Assembly: GCF_003704095.1 (NCBI RefSeq)
Contig: NW_020844837.1
Span: forward strand, 496,001-560,000
Direction: 5' to 3'
DNA length: 64,000 nucleotides
Origin: Pocillopora damicornis
Taxonomy: Eukaryota
Shown: piece after piece, positions 52,100 to 64,000 of the stretch
Layout of the letters: every line of letters starts with the position of its first letter
How positions within the stretch are numbered: position 1 is the stretch's first letter
Notes under the pieces: model-generated
Seen by the model: only the letters and a program-made list of their open reading frames with translations
Told to the model about the DNA's origin: nothing
The model's database searches: none
Position numbers and translations under genes: made by a program

Positions 52100-52523
52100 T
52101 ACTACAATTATACAGTATCATACAATGGCTACAATCAGACAATATTATACAATGGCTGGCGATATTAAATGATAATTTTAAACGAGGAAGACGATCCAGC
52201 ACAGTTAAATGATAAAGCCCAGTGAATAAAATTTACGATAAAGAACTTCCGTACGAATGACATAAACAAAGAAATATTATGCAAAAAAAAAAGTAACAGA
52301 ATATCGATGAAAGTAATGAACGTGAAAACAAAAGAACTCAATGGAAATGCGACTGAAAGAAAAAGCCGTGACAAATTCTGAATGAATAACGTCACACACT
52401 TTTGGAGGCAACACAACCCATACACTTCTTTGTGACAATTACTTGCAGTTCGTCCCTGGAGCCCTCGTTTCTTTTTGTCCCGTGATTCGAATGTAACGCT
52501 ATGGTGTGATTTTGTCTTTTAGA

Positions 52524-53934
52524 ATGGTTTCCATAGCCGAGGTGCTTCTGTCAGCGTTGTTCTCACTGCTAATAGTGATCGACATTGTTGGCAATGTGTT
52601 TGTTTGCTTGGTTGTTTATCGATCCAAGCAAATGAGGAAACCCATGAATTACCTCTTGGTGAATCTTGCTGCAGCAGATGTTGTGATTGGTGTATTTATG
52701 TTACCTAGGCATGTGTTCCATCATGCTTTTAAGCACCCAACGGGTTAGTGATGATAATTTTTAAAATAAATTTTAAGCGTAAGATACAAATGATGATAGA
52801 TCGAGGATGTTATATACAGCAAGCTACTTTCACCTACCTGCTCCCGGAGAAACTCCTCCCGGAAACAAACTGAGGCCCATCGTCTGTCCTCAACGAATAT
52901 GGAACACCAAACTGAGCAAATATAGGGCTGACAGCTTCAATTATCTACGCACTTGTTGTGGACTTCAGAACAGTAGGTCCAAGAGTCTCGCTCCTAAAGT
53001 TCCGCGCGACTCGCCAATATCATTTTTTTTTTCTTTTTTTCTGTTGCTGACTCACGCGACGGACTTCTCCGAACGGAGGGACTCGTAGTGCGCAGCGTTA
53101 CAAGATAACTAATTTGATTGTAAGGTTTCTCTTTTCTCAATCATAGGTACATTCGGGAACTACTTATGCAAGTTCATCACTGGTGGTGTGTTCATCTGGC
53201 TGAGCGCTGCAGCGGCTGGGATCTTACTTATCGCCATAGCGACGGCGCGCTATTTCGCCATAGTGCATCCTTTTAGGACTAAGTTCCGGTTAGACAAGAA
53301 ACGCGTTCTTTGGATAATGGCGTTGTCATGGGGGTTTGCATGTGTGTTAACAGGGCCAAGTGTATCTGCCATCGGGTACGACCCACAAGAAGATTTCTGC
53401 GTGGAAAAATGGATAAATTGGTATCCATCACAAGCTCATGTTGCATTTGTTTTCACCGTCAATTGCGCGATTCCGATCGTAGCGATGACGCTGTTGTATT
53501 TAAGAATCATCTACAAACTGTGGCGAAACGAAGATGCGATTACAAACTCGGTTCAACTTGCAAGACTCAAGTCACGCAAACGCGTGACAGTCATGCTCAT
53601 CATTGTAACAGTTGTTCACACCATGTGTTGGTCTCCGAACTATGTTTTGTATTTACTGATATTCCACGCGCCAGGATTTTACTACGGCTCCACAACTTAC
53701 ATTATAACTGTTCTGTTAATTCTACTAAACGCGGCTGCTGACCCGCTTTTGTACACTTGGTATATGGATGGGTTTAGGAGGGGTATACAGAACATGCTTT
53801 GTCGTTGTCATGGAGACAGAATTCACGTAATAGGTACCTCGGGTAGAAGATCCGCCAATACACCTGACCAAGTTGGCTTTTCTGTCACCACAGAACCAAA
53901 TAATGGGAAAGTTAATAATAAAAGCACATTTTGA
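52524..53934 (+). CDS. Class A GPCR, neuropeptide-receptor-like (~335 aa)
   Basis: Exons 52524-52743 and 53147-53934, separated by a phase-1 GT-AG intron. Motifs GN, PMNYLLVNLAAAD, LCKFITGG, ARY (DRY variant), CWSP, DPLLY. Confidence 0.92.
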
Positions 53935-54227
53935 GTGGAAGATCAAGACTGCCTTGGCAAGTATCAACACCTGACCAAGTTGGCTTCTCTGCCACCACAG
54001 AACCAAATAACGAGCAACTTAATAAAACAAGCACATTCTGTGTGAAAAAATTGAGACGACTGCCTTCGCAAGTATCAAATCTTACAAGGACTCAATGTGT
54101 GTTTACAAAATGAAGTTTGAGATTGTAGAAATCTGTTTCTCGAAACAATGGTGATGCGATAAGTGAAATGACATATACATCAGCTGCCAGTGTGTGTCCA
54201 TGAAGCAAGAGAAAGATTCAAAGTCTT

Positions 54228-54476
54228 AGACTATGAGCAGTCCTTGGTTTTCGGCGTAGTCCGTTGCACGAGTCGGAACGAAAAATCAGTGATAAAAAAA
54301 ATCGTTAGTGCGCTGTGCGGAACCCTGGGAGTGAAGCGCACAAACGTCTCACTTTTTAGGCGCCTTACCCTAGAGTTCCACGCGGCGCACTGACTCAATT
54401 TCTTCTTTTTTTTCACTAACTTTTTTTTTTAATTCGCGCGACGGACTTCGCCGAAAAGGAAGCACTACTCGTATTC
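54228..54476. mobile_element. MITE with long TIRs; partial right-end copy at ~52985-53090 in the GPCR intron
   Basis: gactatgagcagt...ttttcggcgtagtccgttgcacgag pairs with ttcgcgcgacggacttcgccgaaaa...actactcgtattc. cgcgacggacttc recurs at ~53055. Confidence 0.75.
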
Positions 54477-54883
54477 CAGTCAACAGCACATCAGCAGATT
54501 TGTCACTACTGTCGCACAGGATTTAAAGGGAGGAGAAGGCCCATGTTAAAGGCGCAATAAACAAAAACTATTGTTTTGAACGAGTAAAAACGACAATAAC
54601 CATGTAAAATTCAAGGAAAGGCTGCTGCTATTTATGTTTATAAAATAGTTTTTCAGGAGGTCATAAGTTTCGGCTGTTCTTTTTATTTCACATAGAAAAT
54701 ATTGGTAGAACAACATCATTTCATGTGTTTTACACTTGATATTATTAGTTGTGTTGAAATAGAATCTCATTTATAAAAAATCTGACTGGTTATCTTAAAT
54801 GCTATGCATGTTCAGCGGAAAAATTGTTTTAATTAATTGATACTTCATAATAATAGTCTTATTTTGACTGAATTCAACCATCT

Positions 54884-57800
54884 TTAGAGAGTCACAGTAA
54901 ACACTGGATCTGCTGGTTTGTTTAGAGAGTCCGTCTTTCCTTTTTCATTCTGCAACAAAAAAAAAAGTCGTAATGAATAAGCGCACGAACAAACATTCAG
55001 TTGTAAATAAGTATCAATGTTGTGTTAAGGTTACATAGTGAAGAAAGTGCAGCTTAGTTTTAAGGGTTGGGTTCGCTTGTACGCTCAAATATAAGTTGAG
55101 GGTGATGCACTACTCGCGTGGGTTGTCTGTGTTTCAGGTTGGGTTGGCTGTGTAGTTTGTTATAAATGGGTCTTTAATAAGAGTGCTCTAGTGTAGAGTA
55201 GAGAAAGAATTATTTTGTGGACATACCTCAGAACTAAGTTTTCTCATCTCGCTTTTGAGACGCTCAAGTAAATTAGTATTTGCAGAAGAGTCGCTTCCTG
55301 CCTTCTCATTGGCTGTATCATTATCATCTTTTTTGTACTAAAAATAGCAGTATGCAATAAACGGATCAATATCAGTATCTCAACAACTGCGCACCCATCC
55401 CTCCCCTAACCCAACATTAACCCTTACTTGTTATCAGTTGAATTTTGTAGGGCAAAGGGAGGGGTGGATGCGCAGCTGCTTCGATACTGACAACAAACAA
55501 ACAAACGAGATACGTTTTGGCAAATTTCGCCAAGAAATTTCGTCAATTTTTCTTAGCAACGAAACTTAAACTCTCGTGTGGCGTGGTAAGGTAAAGTAAC
55601 TCGCACTGACAGGGACCGGAATTAAAGAAATAGTTACGATTAACATAAATAACAAACATCAAACTTAAAAGGTTTAACGCCCAACATTTTACCAAGAACC
55701 TAAACCACGAAATAGTTTGTATGTGCCTTACTTTGAAAACTTGATTTGATTAACTGAATTAATGTGAATTGGCTACCGCTGAAAGATTCTATAGCTAACG
55801 TTTCTGCTTAGCAAGCGTTGGCCCTTTGTCAGAGCGAATCTCTTCACGGTAGCCAATTTACATTATCAACTCAGTTGATAAAAACCAAATTATCATGTAA
55901 TATACCCTTCCCCTCTCCCCCCTCCCCCCCCTCCCACGCAGCACCATTATGATAGTTTCTTTAGAAACGTAACCTTTTAATTCATCTGTGCCTTACCTTT
56001 TTTTTTTCATTGTAAAAGTACTAAAGAAGTGAAGAGCATCGGTCTGATTCAATTGAATTACTGTAAGTTTGTATCAAAACTGGAATTGTTATGAACGTAA
56101 CAGGAGACCACGATTAATGTATTACATGAGCATACCTTTTTTATTGACCCTGTAGGTCTGTCGCAGTAGATCCGCATAAGTGCTCCCCATTTTTCGAGAT
56201 GAGGATGTAGGCTCTAAAACAGACATGACATAAAATCACATGGGTCATAGAACGCCCGTAATTTATGTCAAAAAACGTGAAAATAGCTTCACATATTTGT
56301 GTTGAAAAGAAGTACTCGAAAACGTCGAATCCTGGTAAGCCATATAATTTTACTAATTTTCGGGTCGTCCTACAAAACAACTTTCGTAGTTTATCTTCAT
56401 TTTTCATCGAACACCAATCTAAGGTTACCGAAAAAATCTAGTGTTTTCGAAACTTAGTCGACTTTTGAGTCTGGTATAGACACAGCAGATCAAAGAGAGG
56501 AATTGCAAAATTCTGAGAGGCATTTTCTAGACTTATGAAAACTGTGGCTAAAAACAACGAGCCTCAAAATTTACGCTTCTGTTTACAGCATTAACATGCA
56601 CTGCAGAATGCATGCACAAAATATGGGCTAATTTGTTTCTACACTTACTTTGAGGATATGCTGAGACGCTAACTGCTTGCCAATTCGTTTGTTTTTACAA
56701 GGAACCTGCAAAAAAAAGTGTGAGTTGAATTTTCTAATGGAAATAATTTGAAAGATGTTCCCCTTGGCTCTGCGAAAGCTTTCTGCGGAAAACTCTGGTC
56801 GCAGGCGAGGCATAGAATGTTTCCACTTTTTTGGCACAGATTTTAATAGGCTTTGCTCAAATTGAATATGCTAAAGTGCTGTCAAAAGGTAAGGGGTTCA
56901 CACCGCGGAACTCAGTTTCACAAACGACCAAAAACATAAAAATAATTACATTGCCTTTTACGTTTTACCAACTATCGGTACAAGATAAGATATTTTTGAA
57001 TTTACCTTTGCTGTATGCTTGCCACACGTTATAATAAATACGAGACTTTTGTCCTGTTCGCAGAAGGTTGAAAACTCAATGGAAGAACAAATACCCTGAT
57101 TTCTATATCAAAGGGAGAGAGAGAGAAATTTACATTCGGGTCGATGTAATAAACAATTATGACATGTCTATGGGAGAGGCACAGAACTCTCTTTCAAGCT
57201 TATCAAAAACAACTGCAATAGGCAAGAATATCATTCATTTTGATTACTTTAATTTATTCGCTGCTTTAGGGTAGACTAAGTGTGTCAGAGCCAGTTTCTT
57301 CTTTTGCATTTCAACGACACCAAAGAGAAAAGGAAATTTCTAAAAATATCTACCCACCTCCTTACACATTCCTCAAGGACTTGTGAGGGACTGGGGAGAG
57401 AGGTTTTCGAACAAAACTCGTAAAGCCGAGGGTTCAAGATGTCTACTTTGTCAAAAAACTGTAAAAATAGAGAAGAACAAAATAAATGAATACATCTACT
57501 AAAGAGTATTAATATTATAATAATATAGCAGATAGTGACAAAGTCAATGACAATCAATAGTCATTTCCGTTCATAAAGCTGTTTTAGAAGAACTTAGTTT
57601 GGAAAGTTTGGATAAATAATTACGTTCTCATAAATGTTACCACGATGGTATCAATCGCGATTAAAGAATGGGAGCTTTCGAACAACGTTTTTGTCTAAAG
57701 ATCGAGTTATCAGGGCAAATTTGAGTCAAAGGATAGTACATTTAGTTTAATTTAACAGAGTTCGAGTTGCTCGAGTCAGCTGATAATAAATGACTGGAAA

Positions 57801-60800
57801 AATGATGTCAAATCTGAGGGAAATCGGATCTTGTTCGAGTAACCCGGGTTTGAGTTAGTGGGGTTCTACTGTAATTATGTTCAGGGTCTCTGTCTGGCAT
57901 TTCTTATTTCATTAAGGGAATCATACGACAACAAACTGTATGCTTGCTCATAGACATATCAAATTGAAGAAGGTTAGGAGTGAAGAAATGACAAGAAATG
58001 ACAAGAAACGACAAGCTTCAAAGCCAATTAAGACTGATGGGGTAAATAAAGGACTGTTAATCTAACTACTCCAGCTTGTCCTAACAGGACCTTACCTCTA
58101 GCTCGGCATCAGAGATCTGATAATCACGAATTTTCTTAAACGTTCCTGGCAACAGAACTTCAAGAGTAGATTCAGCAGCAATTTGGCGAGCTATTTTCTT
58201 GCTGGAACCAGCCCCAGAGCCATGTTTGATGCCATCTATTTGTACCTCTGCCACAAAGGGACTATCTGAACTAGCACATTCACTGGCAAGATAAACTGGT
58301 TTGGACTTCAAAAATCGCTGACAGTACTCATGTAATAAAGCCACAGGTGTTTTACCACCAGCATTTAACAGATAATCTTTACCAGAGCTCTTCCCATTCT
58401 CTGAGCCTTTTACTGGATACGATACACACTCCAGACTTGAAGGTAATTCAAGATCATCGACAGTGTGTGGTAGGGGCATTACAGCGTACCGTTCTTGTTC
58501 AGATGTTAGGGTATGAAACTCCCATAAATTTGACAAGTATCTTCCTAGTTCTCCAACCTCTAATAACTCCAAACTTGTTGGAGTCTTCTTGCAGCTGTCA
58601 GTAGACTCTTGTTGTTCTTCAGAGATATTTTTTACTGAGGAAACTTGTTCACTATAATCATGAGCATTCTCTGTAATTTGTGGGTGTTGTGTGATGTTAT
58701 CCTTGTCATTCGCATAACATTTTTCAACATCCTGAGTGTTCAGTGCATTTAAGACTGAACCTGCCGGGTTTGTTAACTTGGAGATACCGTTCTCTGACTT
58801 TGTTTCTTCAGCATTCTTTTGTTCTATTAAAAATCCCTTTTTCTGGTGGAGGCATGGAATAGCAGCCAATGGTACATCATGTTTCTGAAAGTTTACAGTT
58901 TATAGTACAGACATTTATTTAACAGCAGAAACTCAAAATTTATCTTACTTTGACTGACTCTTGCAGCTTCTACATACTGAGTTTTGGAAGAGTTTTCAAC
59001 TGACAGTCAAGAACAATGAATTGGGTTCAGATTACAGTACTTCTTGTTTTTATGCTGTTGATTACAAAATATAACTGCTAGTAAAGAATAAAGTATCTCA
59101 AGTTTGGGGGCTTGGCTTCTAGGCAAATAAATACTTAAAGACTAAACACACATACAAATGCCAACCCTCCTTGTTTGCCTGGAAGTCTCCCAGCAACAAA
59201 ACAGTTCTCATACTTTCCTTATAGCTCAGTGGGTCTCTCAGATTAAAGTAACCTTTGATGATTATGATAAGAGGGATACAAAAAGAACAGAGGAGAAGAG
59301 AGGTGAATTTAATATAGGCTGATCCAATTCCAGCTTTCATGTTTGGCACCTCTTAAAAAATTCAGGCTACCCTCTTCACAAATGTTTCTCTTTCAAGCAT
59401 TTCCTGAAAGAAATGATCCTGGTACTCTTTCCATGAGCAAACACTTATTTAAGATGCTAGACCCCCAAAAAGTCTCTATTGAGTTTTGTATACCCAGGTC
59501 AGATCCACAATACCCACAGACTGAGGCAGGTAGTTCTAAACAATGTGTTACAAGAACGCTCAGGATAAGCAGTGTCTCCATTACAATAATTCTCATTTCA
59601 CTCTACATATGCTCCTTGCATGTGACTAAAAGTGCAACTCGTGGGCAGTAAAGACCCACCAGTAGCAGTTTTAAGGCAAGCGCAAGATGCAGGCAAGTGA
59701 AAGATAAGAGATCAGTCTTATTGTAACAGTTGTTTAAACATTTCTGCTTTAGCCCACTTACTCCCAAGATATAACCTGGAAATATCAATTCTTTCTGCTT
59801 TATGTTTCCTAAATCTTTAGCTCTGAGAATTTGTTGTCAAATCAAACAAAATCCCTCAGCTGATATTGTTCTTTCTTCTGATTTACTGTCTGCCTGAAAA
59901 GGTGTTCACTTTATATTTCTTTTAAAACAAAATTCTTTTTTGGACACCCACTGGATTGAAATGGTGAAAGCCTTCTGAGCATACATAATGATAATAATTT
60001 GTTCCCACAATTTTCTAACCAAAGTCTGGACTACATCAGGTTCTGTTTCACTTCCTAATCTGTATTTAGGTTATACAGAATACCCCTTTGCCTTTAAACT
60101 TTCCTTGGAACATTTTGAAGAATCTTTAACCCTATTTAATACTAACATAGAAAAATGGGTACCTAATTCTGTAAACAAACTAAAGACTCTTCCAAACCCA
60201 ACTTGGTACATCAAGAATCAAAATACTTGTAATAGATTTTTAACAAAGCCCTCTGAAAAAACTGCAAGTAAATAGTGCCATCCTGTCTTTGCTTTCAAAT
60301 GAAATATGTTGTATGAAACATAAAGAAAATTTTACCCTAACACTTCCTCCGCCAATATGATAAGGACGAGACCAAGTGCACACTCTTGATGGCTTATGGA
60401 GATAAACAATTCCTCCACTGCGATGATTAAGTGCTATCCAACCCTCTGGCAATGCCAGCTTTGGCAGACTTCCCTTCACTAAAAGAGACAAAGCAAACAT
60501 TAAGTAAAATACACCCATTAAACATAAGGGAGTTATTAAGTGTCTTTGTGTATGTTTAAAGAACACAGTTAGGGAATATAGGATTCATCAAGCTTATTTT
60601 AATTATTTTTGCTATAGTTTATTAGAACGAAAAGAGACTTTTCACTCAGGAAATCATTCCTTAGCCCTTTCACTCTCTAGATCTAGTTATTAATTCTCCT
60701 TACTGTAATCCAAATCATTCTTATGATTTTAGTTTACAGAATTTGGTATTAGATCAACCAACAATCTCCTATTTATGTTTTTCTTTATTCTCATTACTTG

Positions 60801-62083
60801 TCTGCTTGATATTGTATTGATATTGTAAGGAGAAACTCTGTCTTGGTCACTCATTTAGAGTTGAAAGAATGGGAAACACCTGCTCTGTTCATTTATATTA
60901 GTCATATTTAAAAATTTTCATCACAAACATAAACAACAGATGCAAATGACTAATTATTATCAAGAACATTTTAATATCACTTCAATGCACTGTTAAGCCT
61001 TTTTTACTCTTATCAAAAAAGTTTTAAGATGTGTGAAAAGTGACACACATTCATATGGACAACAATAATTATCTAGTTAATATATGTGCACTCAGTCTCA
61101 ACAGAAAAAGTTAACAGTATGGGTGTCCTCCCCACAATTAAAGCTCTCCTTAACTCATGAAACATGTCATCTAGTGCCGTTTCTAAGCCTTGGCTGGCTA
61201 ATCAAGCCACATTTTAGATGATATGTTAACTCTATAGAAAATGAAAATTTTCATCAAGATTATAAAGGATGAAGTGTCTTTATTTAGCTTGTCCATCTAC
61301 ATGATCAACACCTGCTCCTAAATAACTATTGTTGGATAATTTACCAAACTCTTGGGGATGTATTATTTAACAGTCTATTGAAGATCTTCATTGCAAACCA
61401 CTGCAGAGTCCCCTGTACAAGTGAATGCTGACAATAACTATGTAACTGAGTAAAAGCTTTTAATAAAGTATCATTCACCTGTATTCTTTACACATGGATC
61501 TTCTTGTTATAATTTTTAAAATATTTTTAAGAAATAATTTTGCTGTAGTTTTCATGGTAGCCTCTATATATAAGCATTTAGGGAAATTCATTCCTGTTTC
61601 TTAGGCTCCTTACATCATAAGTGTTGTTGTAAAATATTAAAAGTTTAACGTATTCACAGCTTAACACTTATCTGAAAAACAAAAGAATAGTTAACACCTA
61701 CTGATAATAACTTTTCGTTCTTGTTCATCTGTTTGATTTTCTCCTTCTTGTTTTTCATCTCCAGTTGTACTGTTAACGTTTTCCCTGTCATTTGACCGAG
61801 TCATAGCAGCTTGATCTCCTTCTGTTCTTCGTCGTTTATTATCCACGTAGTCTTCATCAGAATTTCTCTTGAGCGGTACTCTCTCTGTCTGATGCGGCAT
61901 CTCTTTAAGCGATTCCTCCTCAGAATAAGTCGTTATATTCATACCAGCTATGGAGGAGACATTTTCCGAGTTATTTTCCATTTCTTCAATTTCAGTTCTC
62001 CATTTACTATTTTCGCTGACAGTTAACGCCGTTGGTGCTTTGACAACATCTGCCAGCTGATTCATCCCATTGTCAACTGACAT
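54884..62083 (-). CDS. DGCR8: Microprocessor subunit DGCR8/Pasha
   Basis: Exons 62083-61702, 60478-60336, 58884-58096, 57458-57358, 57102-57006, ~56705-56649, 56213-56136, 55337-55227, 54949-54884. WW/Rhed region LPEGWIALNHRSGGIVYLHKPSRVCTWSRPY...KHDVPLAAIPCL. dsRBD1 KTPVALLHEYC...GSSKKIARQIAA. dsRBD2 CKNKRIGKQLASQHIL, then LHPHLEKWGALMRIY. C-tail NLLERLKSEMRKL. Confidence 0.97.
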
Positions 62084-62456
62084 GACTGCGTCTGACGCGT
62101 AAGTTGCAAATCAATTCGAAATTAGATTCGTGTGACTTTATACCGTTCATTGCATGTCACGCGACCTTCGATTCAAAAGCCAGGCATTAAAATTGGACGT
62201 TAAAACCTTAATTCCATAAAAAGACCCATTAAACATTACTTCTTGCAAAACCGAAAGGGAAAAAATGGTAGTCTAATCTGTTCGTTTACTATCTCAAAAG
62301 TCTGCGGCCATTTTAATTGAGCCGAAAGTCCATGGACCAGTGGTGTAGGCAACTAGTTCCATTCTCCTTCGTATTGTCAAGTAACGCCTTGTAAAAAGGA
62401 AGCAATTCAAGAAAGAAAGAAACCGCGAAGTGGAAGCATGAAGGCATGCAACCATC
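62084..62456. promoter_or_regulatory. Bidirectional promoter and 5' UTRs shared by DGCR8 and GNB1L
   Basis: Divergent ATGs with 373 bp between them. CpG-richer than the flanks, with a YY1-type AAAATGGCCGC on the minus strand at ~62314-62304. Confidence 0.75.
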
Positions 62457-64000
62457 ATGGAAAATAGAAGCCCTCCGGACCCATTGTATGTTCTGCGCGG
62501 TACAGAAGCAGCCTTAAATGTCGTCAAGTTTGCTCCAAAGTCTGTTAGGGAAGAAGGACTTCTACTTTCTGGGTACGGTTTGTGAACATTGAACGAAGTC
62601 AACACTAGTGTGATTTTTTGATCACAGTTATGTTTGAAACAGTCATCCTCCATGATGCAACTGAATCACCGGAACAACCTCCATCGTTTCTGATTGTGCT
62701 TTGCTTACATTTGCAGGTGTAATAATCAAACTCACTTTTTCCTTAGCCCTCTTCACCCCTCCCCTTGGAAAAATGACCATCAAGAGATATGATTACATAG
62801 CTGGAATACTGTGATATCTAAGTTTACCCTTGATTTTGCAGGTCTGCTAAAGGAATTATTAGTTTGTGGAATCTTAAAACAAAAAGATCAGAGATAATAT
62901 TAGATGGTCATGATGGACATGCCATCCTTGCTGCCGATTTTCACCCTTGTGGGAATGTGATAAGGTACCATATGCTTACCACATCCATGCAAATAAACTT
63001 CATAATTCAACTTTCAAGGGAAAAATAATCACTCCTTGGTTATAACTTGTTGAATTGTCTTTCCTTTAACTCTTCACACCTTAGTATGAATTTGTATAAT
63101 CTCTATACTGTTCTCCTTACATTTCATAAAGTGCTGATGAGGAAAATTTCCTAAAAATTGAAAGCTTCCTTAGTATGTGATCATTTCCTCTATTCTCATG
63201 ACCTCAATGTTTGAATTAAGGGTGATATTATATTAGAGAAATTAGATGCTAGTCACTCTTAGTGGTTAAAAGGTTAATTAAAAAAAAATTAAGATACTTT
63301 GGCTGTAACAGTTGTTGATCTAATTATTAGGGGTAGTGAGTATAGTTGTTACATTTCATTCTCAAAAAATTTCTATCAAAGTTGATTCTAAAATCATAAC
63401 TATAATAATCACTTTAACCATTTGGTGAATATTTCCATAAGATAACTTATTTTTTGTCAAATTATTTTTATTGTTTTAGTCATGGCAGGGATGGGTATTT
63501 ACGAATATGGCAGTGTTCTGAAGGAAGAAAAGAGGTGGTCAACAGTATCACAGCTCCTTTTCTTGGATTTTGTCAGTTTTGTGTTTTGTTAAGAGGTGAT
63601 GTAAAAAGCTAGTTATCACTCTCACTCATGCCTTTTATGCCTCAGTGGCATGTAGGGCAGTAACATGCTTCCTCCCCATCTGTCGGTTTTTTGCCATGAG
63701 CTTGATACCTCCTCATCTCCTTAATTTCTTTCTCTACTGTTGGCAAGTTGTAAAAAGCTAGCTATACTTGTGTTTATAATTGTTATCTTCCCCTTCAAAC
63801 CCTGCCACCGATTGGCTGTTTCAACTGCTGCGGTACCCACCTGTGTCCCTCTGTGTGCCCCTATCTTCAGTGACCATCTGTTCTCCATCCATAACATATA
63901 AGGTAACATTGATAGGAACTAAAAAGATCAAAGCTATTTCATAAATTTACATTTACAGGATACAAGTCCCATTGGATTGGTCTGCCATCAGCCAGTAATT
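62457..64000 (+). CDS. GNB1L: G protein beta-1-like WD40 protein, 5' part; continues beyond the right edge
   Basis: Exons 62457-62572, 62842-62964, 63480-63595, 63959->64000. MENRSPPDPLYVLRGTEAALNVVKF...LLLSGSAKGIISLWNLKTKR...LDGHDG...SHGRDGYLRIW matches the GNB1L N-terminus (PPDPxFVLRG, LLFSG, LDGH, SQGRD). The ORF track misses it. Confidence 0.88.
63615..63790 (-). mobile_element. 3' end relic of an RTE-type LINE in a GNB1L intron
   Basis: The minus strand reads EKEIKEM...MAKNRQMGRKHVTALHAT, followed by gaggcataaaaggcatgagtgagagtga, resembling RTE ORF C-termini and short-repeat tails. Confidence 0.5.

Noticed and set aside
53932-53934. Selenocysteine or readthrough at the GPCR TGA that aligns with TGT
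   Set aside because: The downstream repeat copy is out of frame (4-nt deletion), so readthrough would not restore it, and no SECIS was recognised.
62294-62653. 119-aa minus-strand ORF upstream of DGCR8
   Set aside because: Antisense to GNB1L exon 1 and the promoter; only its last five codons are plausible as a uORF.

Overview
Gene-dense, AT-rich, intron-containing animal genomic DNA, most likely a stony coral or another anthozoan. This is inferred from protein similarities and repeat families, not from a database search. Eleven protein-coding genes were reconstructed by hand from GT-AG splice sites and reading-frame continuity. Left to right: Mondo/MLXIP-ChREBP glucose-sensing bHLH-Zip factor (minus, runs off the left edge); ankyrin-repeat TRPV-like channel (minus); divergent TGF-beta ligand (plus); NIF3L1 (minus) head-to-head with RUSF1/C16orf58 (plus); 300-aa intronless orphan ORF (plus); WD40 gene with an upstream X-box (minus); two tandem melatonin-receptor-like GPCRs (minus); peptide-receptor-like GPCR (plus); DGCR8/pasha (minus) head-to-head with the 5' part of a twelfth gene, GNB1L (plus, runs off the right edge). 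Introns and spacers hold many MITEs, SINE relics, a Penelope-like fragment and decayed hammerhead-type repeats. The best leads are at the Mondo locus: in-frame upstream alternative exons, a uORF whose stop overlaps the start codon, three CRTC-like SIK/AMPK motifs and a 58-bp-stem intronic hairpin. Other leads are a TGF-beta ligand lacking the dimerisation cysteine, the DGCR8-GNB1L pairing (both human orthologues lie in 22q11.2) and an orphan protein ending in a PP1-docking motif.
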